A stretch of DNA of 64,000 nucleotides from Candidatus Latescibacterota bacterium (GTDB lineage Bacteria > Latescibacterota > UBA2968 > UBA8231), in the NCBI GenBank assembly GCA_965221775.1, contig CBDCSU010000006.1:1376001-1440000 (forward strand), read 5' to 3'. A program made the position numbers and the translations under genes. Below are positions 41,046-51,993 of the stretch, piece after piece. Below the pieces are notes generated by a model. That model was not told the origin of the DNA, ran no database searches, and saw only the letters and a list, made by a program, of their open reading frames with translations. Positions within the stretch are counted from its first letter, which is position 1. Each line of letters starts with the position of its first letter.

Positions 41046-41795
41046 TCAGCCCTCGGCGATGTGGACCGCGGCGCTCAGCTCCCGCAGGCGGCCCGGGTCG
41101 TTCTCCACGGCCGTGCCGGTCACCACGAAGGCGGCGCCTCCCTCGACCTTGTCGCGCGCCGTGCGCGGATCGCGGATGCCGCCGCCGACGATCACCGGCA
41201 GGTCGACGTACCGGGAGACGGCCCGCACCATCGGGGTGGGCACGGAATCGCGGGCCCCCGAGCCGGTCTCGAGGTAGACGAGCCTCATGCCGAGATACTG
41301 GGCGGCCAGGGCGTGGGCCATGGCGATGTCGTCCTTGCCGCGCGGTATGGGCCGCGTGGAGCTCATGAACTCCGTCGATGTCAGGGTGCCGGATTCGACC
41401 AGCATGTAGGCCGTGGAGATGACCTCCATGCCGTACTCCTTGAGCAGCGGGGCGGCGCGGACCTGCTGCCCGATGAGCAGCTCGGGGTTGCGGCCGCTCA
41501 CCATGCACAGGTACAGGATCGCGTCGGCCGTGCGCACGACCTGTCCCGCGTCCCCCGGAAAGGAGATGACGGGGATCTGCACGAGGGCGCGCAGGCGCTC
41601 GAAGAGCTCGGCGTTGCGTCCGGTCGAGAGCATCAGGCTGGTGCCCACGAGGATGCCGTCGGCCCCCGCCTCGGCGCACATCGAGGCCCGCCTTTCCAGG
41701 TCTTTCAGGGGCAGGCGGTCGGGGTCGAGGAGGGTGAGATAGCCCGCGCCGCGCCGCGCCCGTGCCTCTAGCAGCTGTTCGAGGGTGCTTTTCAT
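41046..41795 (-). CDS. Geranylgeranylglyceryl/heptaprenylglyceryl phosphate synthase (group II GGGPS-like)
   Basis: LLDPD, FPG, SGRNPELLIG and YLGMRLVYLETGSGA...VGGGIR motifs. Confidence 0.88.
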   Translation of the reverse strand: MKSTLEQLLEARARRGAGYLTLLDPDRLPLKDLERRASMCAEAGADGILVGTSLMLSTGRNAELFERLRALVQIPVISFPGDAGQVVRTADAILYLCMVSGRNPELLIGQQVRAAPLLKEYGMEVISTAYMLVESGTLTSTEFMSSTRPIPRGKDDIAMAHALAAQYLGMRLVYLETGSGARDSVPTPMVRAVSRYVDLPVIVGGGIRDPRTARDKVEGGAAFVVTGTAVENDPGRLRELSAAVHIAEG

Positions 41796-41813
41796 CGTCC
41801 CGCGGCCTGTGCG

Positions 41814-44426
41814 CTAGCCCTCCGTCAGGCAGCGCCGCACGATCTCTGCAGCGGCTCCGATGGCCTCGTCGATCCGGGAGGGATCCTTGCCGCCGGCCTG
41901 CGCCATGTGAGGGCGGCCTCCTCCGGAGCCGCCGGCGATGCGGGCGACCTCCTTGACGATATCCCCGGCCTTCAGCCCCCGCGACTGGATCAGGTCGTCG
42001 GTGACCACGGCGATGAAGGAGACCCTGCCCTTCACCTCGGCGCCGAGAACCCCGACGCCGGAGCCCAGACTGTCGCGAAGCCCGTCGGCGAGGTTGCGCA
42101 TGGCGGGCACGTCTTCGGCCTCGACCCGGCAGGCGGCGACGCGCACGCCCTCCACCTCGACGGCGGCCTCGGCCAAGGCGGCGGCGCTGTCCCCGGCGGC
42201 CTGACGGCGCACCTCGGCCAGGGCCTTCTCCAGGTCGCGATTGCGCTCCTGCAGGCGGCGCACCTGGTCGGGCAGCTCCTCGTCGCCGGCGTTCAGCAGG
42301 CGGCCGATCTCTCCGAGGAGGGCCCGGTGGCGGCGGGCGGCGGCCTCGGCCTCGACGCCGGAGAGGGCCTCGACCCGGCGGGTGCCGGCGGCGATGCCGC
42401 TCTCGGCGGTGAGGTCGAAGAGGCCGATCCGGCCGGTGTGGGCCACGTGGGTGCCGCCGCACAGCTCGAGGCTGAAGCCGCCGATCTTCACGACCCGCAC
42501 CCGGTCCTCGTACTTCTCGCCGAACAGCGCCTGGGCCCCCATCTGCCGGGCGCGGTCCAGATCTTCCTCGAAGGCGGAGACCTCGAGGTCTTCGCGAATG
42601 CAGCTGTTGACGATGGCACCGGCCTCCTCCAGCTGCCCCGACTCCATGGCCTGGAAGTGGGAGAAGTCGAAGCGCAGGCGGTCCGGCGCCACGAGGGATC
42701 CCATCTGCGCCACGTGATCCCCCAGGACCCGGCGCAGGGCCTCGTGCAGCAGGTGCGTGGCCGTGTGGTTGCGCGCCGCGGCGTCGCGGGCCTCCCGGTC
42801 GACGGCGGCGCACACCACTTGGCCCGGGCCGGGGGATTCACCCTCGATCAGCCGGCCCTCGTGGAGGATGCCGCCCCGCCCCTTCCGCGTCGTCTCCACG
42901 TCGATGCGCAGACCGCGCGCGGTGAGGACCCCCCGGTCGCCGACCTGTCCCCCCGACTCGGCGTAGAACGGGGTGCGGTCGAGGACGACCCGCGCAACGC
43001 CGTCGTCGACCTGCGCCTGCATGACCCGCGCCTCGATCTCCAGCTCGTCGTAGCCGACGAATTCGGAATGCTCGCCCTCGACGGCGTCTCCGACTCCCTC
43101 GGAGGCGGCGAAACGCTCCCTCGTGGCCGCCCGGGCCCGCTGGCGCTGGCCCTCCAGCTCGGCCTCGAAGCCGGCGGTGTCGACGGACAGGCCGCGCTCT
43201 CGCGCCATCAGCTCGGTGAGATCGAGAGGGAACCCGTAGGTGTCGAAGAGGCGGAAGGCGTCGGCCCCCGAGACTTCGCCCTTCCGGCTGACGCGCTCGA
43301 AGATCTCCAGCCCGCGGTCGAGGGTGCGGCCGAAGGACTGCTCCTCGGCCTGGATCACCATGGCCACGTGGGCGGCCTTCGCCTTCGCCTCGGGGAAGAC
43401 GTGCGCCATCGAGTCGGCCAGGGGCTGCACCAGCCGGTGCAGGAAGGGGTCGTGCTGATCGAGCTGGCGGCCGAAGCGCGAGGCCCGCCGCAGGATGCGC
43501 CGCAGCACGTAGCCCCGCCCCTCGTTGGAGGGCAGGACGCCATCGCCGATGGCGAAGGTGAGAGCGCGCACGTGGTCGGCGATCACGCGGGCCGGCACGC
43601 GTCCGGCATCGGACCCCGGGTCGGCGCCGGTGACCTCGGCGATGCACCCGATCAGCGGCTGGAAGAGATCGGTGTCGTAGTTGCTCCCGGCGCCCTGGAG
43701 CAGGCTGCACATGCGCTCGAAGCCCATGCCGGTGTCGACGTGCCGGGCCGGCAGCGGATGCAGGGTCCCGGAGTCGTCGCGGTTGAACTGGATGAAGACG
43801 AGGTTCCAGAACTCCACGAACTCGGGACCGTCCTGCAGCAGCAGCTCCTCGCTCTGGAGGGAGGGGTCGTCACCGATGTAGTAGTGGATCTCCGAGCAGG
43901 GGCCGCAGGGGCCGGTCTCGCCCATCTCCCAGAAGTTGTCCTTGGCCGGCAACCGCACCACGCGCCCCGGAAGGAGGTCCGTCTCCTGTTCCCACAGGGA
44001 CTCGGCCTCCTCGTCGGGCGGGACCCCCTCGCCGCCTTCGAAGACGGTGGCCCACAGGCGGTCCTGGCGCAGGCCGAAACGCTCCGTCACCAGCTCCCAG
44101 CCCCAGCGGATGGCCTCTTCCTTGAAGTAGTCGCCGAAGGACCAGTTGCCGAGCATCTCGAAGAAGGTGTGGTGCCAGGGGCTGATCCCCACCTCCTCCA
44201 GGTCGTTGTGCTTGCCGGAGACCCGGATGCACTTCTGCGTGTCCACGGCGCGCGTGTACGGCCGGCTGCCCAGCCCGAGGAAGACGTCCTTGAACTGGTT
44301 CATGCCGGCGTTGATGAAGTACAGGGTAGGGTCGTCGGCCGGCACCACCGGCGCGCTCGGCACCCGGGCGTGTCCCCGGTCCTCGAAGAAGGAGAGGAAG
44401 GTCTCGCGAACCTCGTTGGACTTCAT
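41814..44426 (-). CDS. alaS: Alanine--tRNA ligase
   Basis: NAGMNQFK, HHTFFEMLGNWSFGDYFK, DTGMGFER, editing HTATH...CGGTH and GGGR..MAQAGG motifs. Confidence 0.98.
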   Translation of the reverse strand: MKSNEVRETFLSFFEDRGHARVPSAPVVPADDPTLYFINAGMNQFKDVFLGLGSRPYTRAVDTQKCIRVSGKHNDLEEVGISPWHHTFFEMLGNWSFGDYFKEEAIRWGWELVTERFGLRQDRLWATVFEGGEGVPPDEEAESLWEQETDLLPGRVVRLPAKDNFWEMGETGPCGPCSEIHYYIGDDPSLQSEELLLQDGPEFVEFWNLVFIQFNRDDSGTLHPLPARHVDTGMGFERMCSLLQGAGSNYDTDLFQPLIGCIAEVTGADPGSDAGRVPARVIADHVRALTFAIGDGVLPSNEGRGYVLRRILRRASRFGRQLDQHDPFLHRLVQPLADSMAHVFPEAKAKAAHVAMVIQAEEQSFGRTLDRGLEIFERVSRKGEVSGADAFRLFDTYGFPLDLTELMARERGLSVDTAGFEAELEGQRQRARAATRERFAASEGVGDAVEGEHSEFVGYDELEIEARVMQAQVDDGVARVVLDRTPFYAESGGQVGDRGVLTARGLRIDVETTRKGRGGILHEGRLIEGESPGPGQVVCAAVDREARDAAARNHTATHLLHEALRRVLGDHVAQMGSLVAPDRLRFDFSHFQAMESGQLEEAGAIVNSCIREDLEVSAFEEDLDRARQMGAQALFGEKYEDRVRVVKIGGFSLELCGGTHVAHTGRIGLFDLTAESGIAAGTRRVEALSGVEAEAAARRHRALLGEIGRLLNAGDEELPDQVRRLQERNRDLEKALAEVRRQAAGDSAAALAEAAVEVEGVRVAACRVEAEDVPAMRNLADGLRDSLGSGVGVLGAEVKGRVSFIAVVTDDLIQSRGLKAGDIVKEVARIAGGSGGGRPHMAQAGGKDPSRIDEAIGAAAEIVRRCLTEG

Positions 44427-44925
44427 CTCTTCTCCCCGGCCTCCTCGATCTCGGTCCAGGCCCGCGTCACCGCCTCCCGCACCGTGTCGGGGTCGAAGCC
44501 GCGGCGGGCCAGCAGCCCGTACATGCGCCGCCGGGCGGTCTGCGGGTCGAGCCCCCGGTACCGGGTCTGCTGCCGGCGCAGCAGCGACAGGGCTTCGGCC
44601 CCCGATCCGAGATCGTCCCCGTACTCGGCCAGGACCTCCTCGATCAGGGCCGGGTCGATCCCCCGCCGGGCCAGATCGCGGCTGATCTTCGGCGCCCCCT
44701 CGGGGCGGCGGGACCTCCGGCTCTCGACCCAGCGGCGGACGAAGGCGCGGTCGTCGAGGAGGCGCAACGCCTCCAGATCGCCCACCACGGTGTCGATCGC
44801 CGACGGAGCGCAGCCGCGGCGCTGCAGCCTCTGGCGGATCTCCTTCACCGAGCGGTCGCGCACCTCGAGAAGGTCGAGGGCGATCCGGCGGGCGCTCTCG
44901 CGCTCTTCGATCCCGGGACCCAAGC

Positions 44926-44929
<4 letters not shown>
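44423..44929 (-). CDS. recX: Regulatory protein RecX
   Basis: [19 protein letters not shown] and L.RRGF motifs; directly downstream of recA. Confidence 0.88.
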
Positions 44930-45998
<1,069 letters not shown>

Positions 45999-46002
<4 letters not shown>

Positions 46003-46478
46003 CGCCCGGCCAGCGCCCAGCCCGCCCGCAGCAGCAGGTGGCTCATGAGACCGGCGGCGACGTCGTCGAGGACGATCCCCCATCCGCCGGGCAGGCGCTC
46101 AAGCTGGCGCGCCGGCGGCGGCTTGAGAATGTCGAGGGCCCGGAACACCAGGAATCCGGCGATGGCGGTCACCGGACCATGGGGAAGGAAGGCAACCGCG
46201 AACAGGTATCCCGCGGCTTCGTCGATCACCACTGGGCCCGGATCGTCCTGGTTCCGGGCGCGGGCCTCGGCGCCGGCGCTGGCCACGGCCACGGCGGTGG
46301 TCACGGCCAGCAGGACGATCCACGCGCCGGTGGTCAGTGAATCACACAGAACCAGGTAGGCCGCCGCGGCCACCGCGGTACCCGCCGTACCGGGCGCCAA
46401 GGGCGACCGGCCGGAGAACAGGACCGTGGCGACGGCGGTCCGGAGGAACTCGGCCGCGCGCCGGAAGATGCGATCCGT
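45999..46478 (-). CDS. pgpA: Phosphatidylglycerophosphatase A
   Basis: SP.APGT.G, DPG.VVIDE and FR.LDI.KP...GGWGIVLDD motifs; PgpA-like sequence extends upstream of TTG 46400 to an in-frame ACG at 46478, so the start is uncertain. Confidence 0.85.
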
Positions 46479-46488
46479 GGACCCGCTG

Positions 46489-47088
46489 TCAGGTCCGCAG
46501 AAAATAGTGAAAACCGGAGAGCAGGGTAAGGAGAAGGACGCCGGTCATCAGGCCGTTGGTGAGCAGCCGGATCCAGTCGCTGACGGCCAGCACTCCGCTC
46601 CACTCGAAGTGCCCCGCCATGTCCTGCAGACCGATGAGGGCCAGGATGACCACGATGGTGACCAGCTGGGCGGTGGTCTTCCACTTGGCGAGGACGGAGG
46701 TCTCCATCATCCGGCCCTGGCGCATGCCGTAGAGACGGAGGGCCGTGACGACCACGTCGCGCACGACGATGGGCACCACGATCCAGGCGTGGACGATGCG
46801 GCCGAGGACGAAGGCGATCAGCGCCGAGGTGACGAGGATCTTGTCGGCCAATGGATCCATGAAGCGGCCGAACTCGGTGACCGAGTTCCGGGCCCTGGCC
46901 AGTCGGCCGTCGTAGAGATCGGTGAGAGAAGCCGCGGCGAAGACGACGACGGCCGTCGAGCGCCAGTACCAGATGTCGGTGAACAGCATGGCCAGGAAGA
47001 GGGGTGTCGCGCAGATGCGGGAAATCGTCAACAGGTTGGGCAGGTTGAGGATGCCGCCGCCGGGACCTGCCTTTGCCTTGGCAGTCAT
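46489..47088 (-). CDS. pgsA: CDP-diacylglycerol--glycerol-3-phosphate 3-phosphatidyltransferase
   Basis: NLPNLLTISR, TDLYDGRLAR...FGRFMDPLADK and KWKTTAQ motifs. Confidence 0.92.
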   Translation of the reverse strand: MTAKAKAGPGGGILNLPNLLTISRICATPLFLAMLFTDIWYWRSTAVVVFAAASLTDLYDGRLARARNSVTEFGRFMDPLADKILVTSALIAFVLGRIVHAWIVVPIVVRDVVVTALRLYGMRQGRMMETSVLAKWKTTAQLVTIVVILALIGLQDMAGHFEWSGVLAVSDWIRLLTNGLMTGVLLLTLLSGFHYFLRT

Positions 47089-47684
47089 CAGAAGGTCGTG
47101 CGTCCCTGCAGGGCGTGGGCGAGGGTGGTTCGATCCGCCAGGTCCAGGTCGGAGCCGGCGGGCAGGCCGCGGGCCAGGCGGGTGACGCGGGTCATGGAAT
47201 CGAGCCGCTGATGAATGTACTCGGCGGTGGCCTCGCCTTCGGCGCTGGCGTTGTGCGCCAGGATCACCTCGCGCACGCCGTCGCGCCGCACCCGCTCGAA
47301 AAGCTCGGCGATGCGCAGGTCGTCGGGTCCGATGCCGTCGAGAGGCGACAGGGCCCCCCCAAGGACGTGGTAGGTGCCCCGCATCAGGTCGCTGCGCTCC
47401 AGGGCCAGGGCGTCGCTGGCTTCCTCGACGACGCAGACCACCTGGCGATCGCGGCTCTCGTCGCGGCAGACCCGGCACCAGGGCTGGCCGCTCTCGGTGA
47501 GGTTGTAGCACTGGGTGCAGTGGCCGATGCGTTCACGGGCGCCCTGGATCGCGTCGGCCAGGGCCGCGGCCTCCTCGGGAGGGGACTTGAGCAAGAAAAG
47601 GGCCAGCCGCTGGGCCGTCTTCCGGCCGATCCCGGGGAGCCGCGCCAGGGCGGTCACCAAGTCCTCGAGAGCCTGGGGACCCAT
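47088..47684 (-). CDS. recR: Recombination mediator RecR
   Basis: LPGIGRKTAQRL HhH, C4 zinc finger, Toprim YHVLGG.LSP and RLARGLP motifs. Confidence 0.95.
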   Translation of the reverse strand: MGPQALEDLVTALARLPGIGRKTAQRLALFLLKSPPEEAAALADAIQGARERIGHCTQCYNLTESGQPWCRVCRDESRDRQVVCVVEEASDALALERSDLMRGTYHVLGGALSPLDGIGPDDLRIAELFERVRRDGVREVILAHNASAEGEATAEYIHQRLDSMTRVTRLARGLPAGSDLDLADRTTLAHALQGRTTF

Positions 47685-47685
47685 G

Positions 47686-49383
47686 CTACACCATCTCTCC
47701 GTCGAGGGCCTCGAGGACGGACCGCACCTTCGGGTCGAGGCTCGCCTGGGGTGAGGGCCGGGCCGGCGGGGGCGCGACAGACCCCGGATTCCCGGCCGGC
47801 GCCGGCGCCTCGCGGTCTTCGACACTGCAACGGACGCGAACCTCGGGCCCGCCGGCGCTGGCCACGGCGGCGGCCACCGCGGACTCGGCTTTGGCCACCT
47901 GGGCCATGGCGAAGCGGTTGCTCCCGTCGAAGAACAGGGTGAGCACCGAACCGTTCAGCTCCCGGCGCGTGCCCTCCAGGTAGCCGGGCATCGAGGGCTG
48001 GGTCTCCCGCAGCAGATCGGTGACCCGGGGCCACAACTGCTGGATGTCGGCGTCCGCCGCCTGGGGGGGATCCGCCGCCTCCGAGGGAGTCCCCGGGGGC
48101 CCGGAGCCATCGGGGCCGGGCGCCGGTCCGGCGGCTTCCTCCGCCGCGGGAGGCGGCACGGGCGGCGGCGGAGCGGGGTCCGGGTTGCGTGACCGCGGCG
48201 GATTCCGCTGCGGCGGGGTAGCGGCGGGGGCCCCGCCGCCGGCGACGGCGGCCTCCAGGGCGGACAGCCGCGCCAGCAGGCGCCCGACGTCCACGGCGCG
48301 GCCCATGCCAGCCAGCCGGACGAGGGCCAGCTCGGTGCGGAACCGTGGCTGCAGCGACTTGCGCACCTCGGCCTCGAGCTCCATCAGGGTCTGCACGATG
48401 CGCAGCAGGTCGTCCTCGGCCAGGGCGCCGGCGGCCTCCTCGTAGCGCCGGGCCTCCTCCTCGCTGACCTCGAGCCTGGCGGCGGACTCCTGCACCTTGG
48501 TGAAGAGCAGGCGGGAGGCATGCTCCACCAGGCCGCCGACGAACTCCTCGAGGTCTCCGCCCTCCTCGAGGACCCGCGCCACGAGGTCGAGCAGCCGGCC
48601 CCCGTCGCCCTCGGCGATGGCCGAGGTGGCCTCGAAGAAGACCCCCCGATCGACCAGGCCCAGGACCTCCCGGACGCCCTCGCCGGTCACGCGGCCCCCG
48701 AAGGAGACGACCTGGTCGAGGAGGCTCTCGGCGTCCCTGAGGGCGCCGTCGGCGCGGTGGGCCAGCAGATAGAGGGCCTCCTGGTCGGCCTCGATCTTCT
48801 CGGCGGCGGTGATCTCCTCGAGGTGCCCGGCGATACTGGAGGTGGAGATGCGGCGGAAATTGAACCGCTGACAGCGCGACAGGATCGTCTCCGGAACCTC
48901 CTGGACCTCGGTGGTGGCGAAGACGAAGACGACCCGTTCCGGCGGCTCCTCGAGGGTTTTCAGGAGAGCGTTGAAAGCCGGCCGCGACAACATGTGGACT
49001 TCGTCGATGATGTAGATCTTGTGGGCGCCCTCGGTCGGGATGTAGCGAACCACCTCGCGCAGTTCCCTCACGTCGTCGACGCTGTTGTTCGAGGCGCCGT
49101 CGATCTCGAGGACGTCCATGCTCGTGCCGTCGGTGATGGCAGTGCAGGAGGGGCACTGGCCGCAGGGATCGGTCGCCTCGCCCCGGGCGGAGCAGTTGAG
49201 GGCCTTGGCGAGGATGCGCGCCGTCGTGGTCTTGCCGACCCCGCGAGGTCCGCAGAACAGGTAGCAGTGAGCGATGCGGCCGCTGGCCAGGGCGTTGGTC
49301 AGCGTGGCCGTGATATGCTCCTGCCCGACGACCTCGGAGAACCGCTGCGGGCGCCACTTGCGGGCTGTGACCTGAAAGGGCAT
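47686..49383 (-). CDS. dnaX: DNA polymerase III subunit gamma/tau
   Basis: ARKWRPQ, GPRGVGKTT, DEVHML, FNALLKTLEEPP and SRCQ motifs. Confidence 0.96.
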   Translation of the reverse strand: MPFQVTARKWRPQRFSEVVGQEHITATLTNALASGRIAHCYLFCGPRGVGKTTTARILAKALNCSARGEATDPCGQCPSCTAITDGTSMDVLEIDGASNNSVDDVRELREVVRYIPTEGAHKIYIIDEVHMLSRPAFNALLKTLEEPPERVVFVFATTEVQEVPETILSRCQRFNFRRISTSSIAGHLEEITAAEKIEADQEALYLLAHRADGALRDAESLLDQVVSFGGRVTGEGVREVLGLVDRGVFFEATSAIAEGDGGRLLDLVARVLEEGGDLEEFVGGLVEHASRLLFTKVQESAARLEVSEEEARRYEEAAGALAEDDLLRIVQTLMELEAEVRKSLQPRFRTELALVRLAGMGRAVDVGRLLARLSALEAAVAGGGAPAATPPQRNPPRSRNPDPAPPPPVPPPAAEEAAGPAPGPDGSGPPGTPSEAADPPQAADADIQQLWPRVTDLLRETQPSMPGYLEGTRRELNGSVLTLFFDGSNRFAMAQVAKAESAVAAAVASAGGPEVRVRCSVEDREAPAPAGNPGSVAPPPARPSPQASLDPKVRSVLEALDGEMV

Positions 49384-49459
49384 GGCTGTCGGGGCGAGGG
49401 GCCGGCTCCAAGGCGATTTTGGGCTCGCTGCGCCCGCAGGGAGCCCGCGGGTAGAGCTT

Positions 49460-49733
49460 CAGGCCGTGCACCCGTCTTCGATCCCGCACCGCCGTCCGGC
49501 CGCGACCGCCGGGCTCCAGCCAGAGACCTCCGCGGCACACGCGTCAGCCTCTTACCGCTGCTACCTTCCGGTCCTGACGGGGTTCGGAAGCCTCGCGTTG
49601 CGCGGAATCCGGCTTTCGACGCCCTTCGGGTACCGACCGGAAAGACGGCTTGTGGACCTCGGACGGGGATTCGATCCCGCTAGAGCGGATTGCGGGTGCA
49701 GGGCACCGCTAACTCCCCATCTAGCACGGCCTG
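49460..49733 (-). ncRNA. ffs: Large (Alu-domain-containing) bacterial SRP RNA
   Basis: Minus strand starts GCCGTGCTAGATGGGGAGTTAGCGGTGCCCTGCACCCGCAATCCGCTCTAGCGGG (Bacillus scRNA-like Alu domain) and contains helix 8 TCAGGACCGGAAGGTAGCAGC; 5' CAGGCCGTGC pairs with 3' GCACGGCCTG; lies upstream of dnaX. Confidence 0.92.
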
Positions 49734-49789
49734 CTTCAAAGCGGGAGCCTCGCCGGCAGGTCAACCGCGGGCGGGCTCCTCAGGAATAA

Positions 49790-49865
<76 letters not shown>

Positions 49866-49877
49866 ACCGTATTCGTA

Positions 49878-49960
49878 TGGCGGAGAGAGAGGGATTCGAA
49901 CCCTCGGTGACGCTACAAACGCCACACACGATTTCCAGTCGTGCACCTTCGACCACTCGG

Positions 49961-49970
<10 letters not shown>
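49878..49970 (-). tRNA. tRNA-Ser(GGA)
   Basis: GGAGAGATGACCGAGTGGTCGAAGG...CACGA CT-GGA-AA TCGTG, long variable arm, TTCGAATCC, GCCA end. Confidence 0.95.
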
Positions 49971-50509
<539 letters not shown>

Positions 50510-50539
50510 CCAGAAAGCCTCGGCCTGCCCCGAACTCGC

Positions 50540-50568
50540 AATATAACCAGGGCTCATCACATGATCAA
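50540..50568 (-). promoter_or_regulatory. Putative sigma70 promoter for tadA-tRNA(-ffs) transcript
   Basis: Minus strand TTGATC-17 bp-TATATT. Confidence 0.55.
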
Positions 50569-50591
50569 CGAAGGGGCGGCGCCCGGGCGAC

Positions 50592-50620
50592 TTGACGGAG
50601 TGCGGAACGGAGCCGATAAT
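50592..50620 (+). promoter_or_regulatory. Putative sigma70 promoter for lysA
   Basis: TTGACG-17 bp-GATAAT, about 55 nt upstream of ATG 50675. Confidence 0.6.
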
Positions 50621-50674
50621 CAGCCCTCCCAGAAGCTACCAACTAGCTGTAAAAATAGCAACATAGGACCATCC

Positions 50675-51955
50675 ATGACGACCGCCCCAGAGCCTCTCCG
50701 CTTCCTTGACGAGGACCAGGTTCGAGCCCTTCAGAATCGCTTCGGCACGCCGCTCTACGTGTACGATCAGGAGACGCTGGAGGCCCAGGCACAGCAGGCC
50801 CTTCAGCTGCCCGCTCCATTCGGCCTGACGGTGCGCTACGCCATGAAGGCCTGTCCCTCGGCGGGGGTGGTGCGTGTCTTGACGAGGGCGGGGCTGCACA
50901 TCGACGCCAGCTCGGGCTGGGAGGCTCGACGCGCCATCGCCGCGGGCATCCCGGCGAAGCACATCCTGCTGACCACCCAGCAGCTGCCCGACGACTTCGA
51001 GGAACTGGTCGGCCTGGGGGTCCGCTTCAACGCCTGCTCTCTCGGCCAGCTCAGGGCTTACGGAGAGCGCTTTCCGGGCGCCGAGGTCGGCATCCGCCTC
51101 AATCCCGGGCTCGGCTCGGGACACTCCACCCGGACCAACGTGGGCGGGCCCTCCGCCAGTTTCGGGATCTGGCACACGCACCTGGAACGGGCCCTCGAGT
51201 CGGCACGCACGGACGGCCTGCGCATCACCCTCCTGCACACCCACATCGGCTCGGGAAGCGACCCGGAGGTGTGGCAGCACTGCGCCCGCCTGACGCTGAA
51301 CCTCGTCCGGCACCTGCCCGACGTGGCCGCCGTCAACTTGGGCGGGGGTTACAAGATCGGGCGGATGAGCGACGAGTCCTCCACCGACCTGCTCCATGCC
51401 GCGGGGCCGATCGTCGACGAGCTGCGGCGCTTCGCCACCGACGGCGGCCCCCGCCTGCGCCTGGAGATCGAGCCCGGCACCTTCCTGGTGGGCAACGCCG
51501 GGGCCGTGGTGGCCAGCGTGATCGATGTGGTTGACACCGGCAAGGAGGGTTTCTCCTTCATCAAGACGGACACGGGGATGACCGAGATCCTCCGTCCGAG
51601 CATGTACGGCGCCCAGCACCCCCTCACCGTGGTCCCGCGGGAGGACGGCGACCGTCCGCCGCGGGAGTACCTCGTCGTCGGCCACTGCTGCGAGAGCGGG
51701 GATGTCCTGACGCCGGCCCCTGGAGACCCGGAGGCGCTGCGGGTGCGCCCCCTCGCCGAGGCGCTGGTGGGCGATGCCGTCGTCATCGGCGGCGCCGGGG
51801 CCTACTGCGCGGGCATGTCCGCCAAGAACTACAACTCCTTCCCCGAGGCGCCGGAGGTGTTGCTGGACACGGACGGCGGCTTCCACCTGATGCGCAGGCG
51901 CCAGACGCTCGACCAGGTGATCGCCAACGAGTCCGTGCCCGACTTCCTCCTCTGA
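50675..51955 (+). CDS. lysA: Diaminopimelate decarboxylase
   Basis: GTPLYVYD, YAMKA (PLP Lys), HIGSG, NLGGG, EPG, CESGD and GAYC...YNS motifs. Confidence 0.9.
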   Translation: MTTAPEPLRFLDEDQVRALQNRFGTPLYVYDQETLEAQAQQALQLPAPFGLTVRYAMKACPSAGVVRVLTRAGLHIDASSGWEARRAIAAGIPAKHILLTTQQLPDDFEELVGLGVRFNACSLGQLRAYGERFPGAEVGIRLNPGLGSGHSTRTNVGGPSASFGIWHTHLERALESARTDGLRITLLHTHIGSGSDPEVWQHCARLTLNLVRHLPDVAAVNLGGGYKIGRMSDESSTDLLHAAGPIVDELRRFATDGGPRLRLEIEPGTFLVGNAGAVVASVIDVVDTGKEGFSFIKTDTGMTEILRPSMYGAQHPLTVVPREDGDRPPREYLVVGHCCESGDVLTPAPGDPEALRVRPLAEALVGDAVVIGGAGAYCAGMSAKNYNSFPEAPEVLLDTDGGFHLMRRRQTLDQVIANESVPDFLL

Positions 51956-51993
51956 TTCGCTGCCCGCCTCGGCGGCGGTCTATATTGGGCCGC

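Noticed and set aside
49660-49685. GGATTCGATCCC T-loop-like motif suggesting another tRNA
   Set aside because: It lies within the SRP RNA on the opposite strand and forms no cloverleaf
50620-50675. Lysine riboswitch before lysA, or SAM riboswitch before metK
   Set aside because: The lysA leader (~50 nt) and the ptsI-metK gap (34 nt) are too short, and no aptamer motifs were seen
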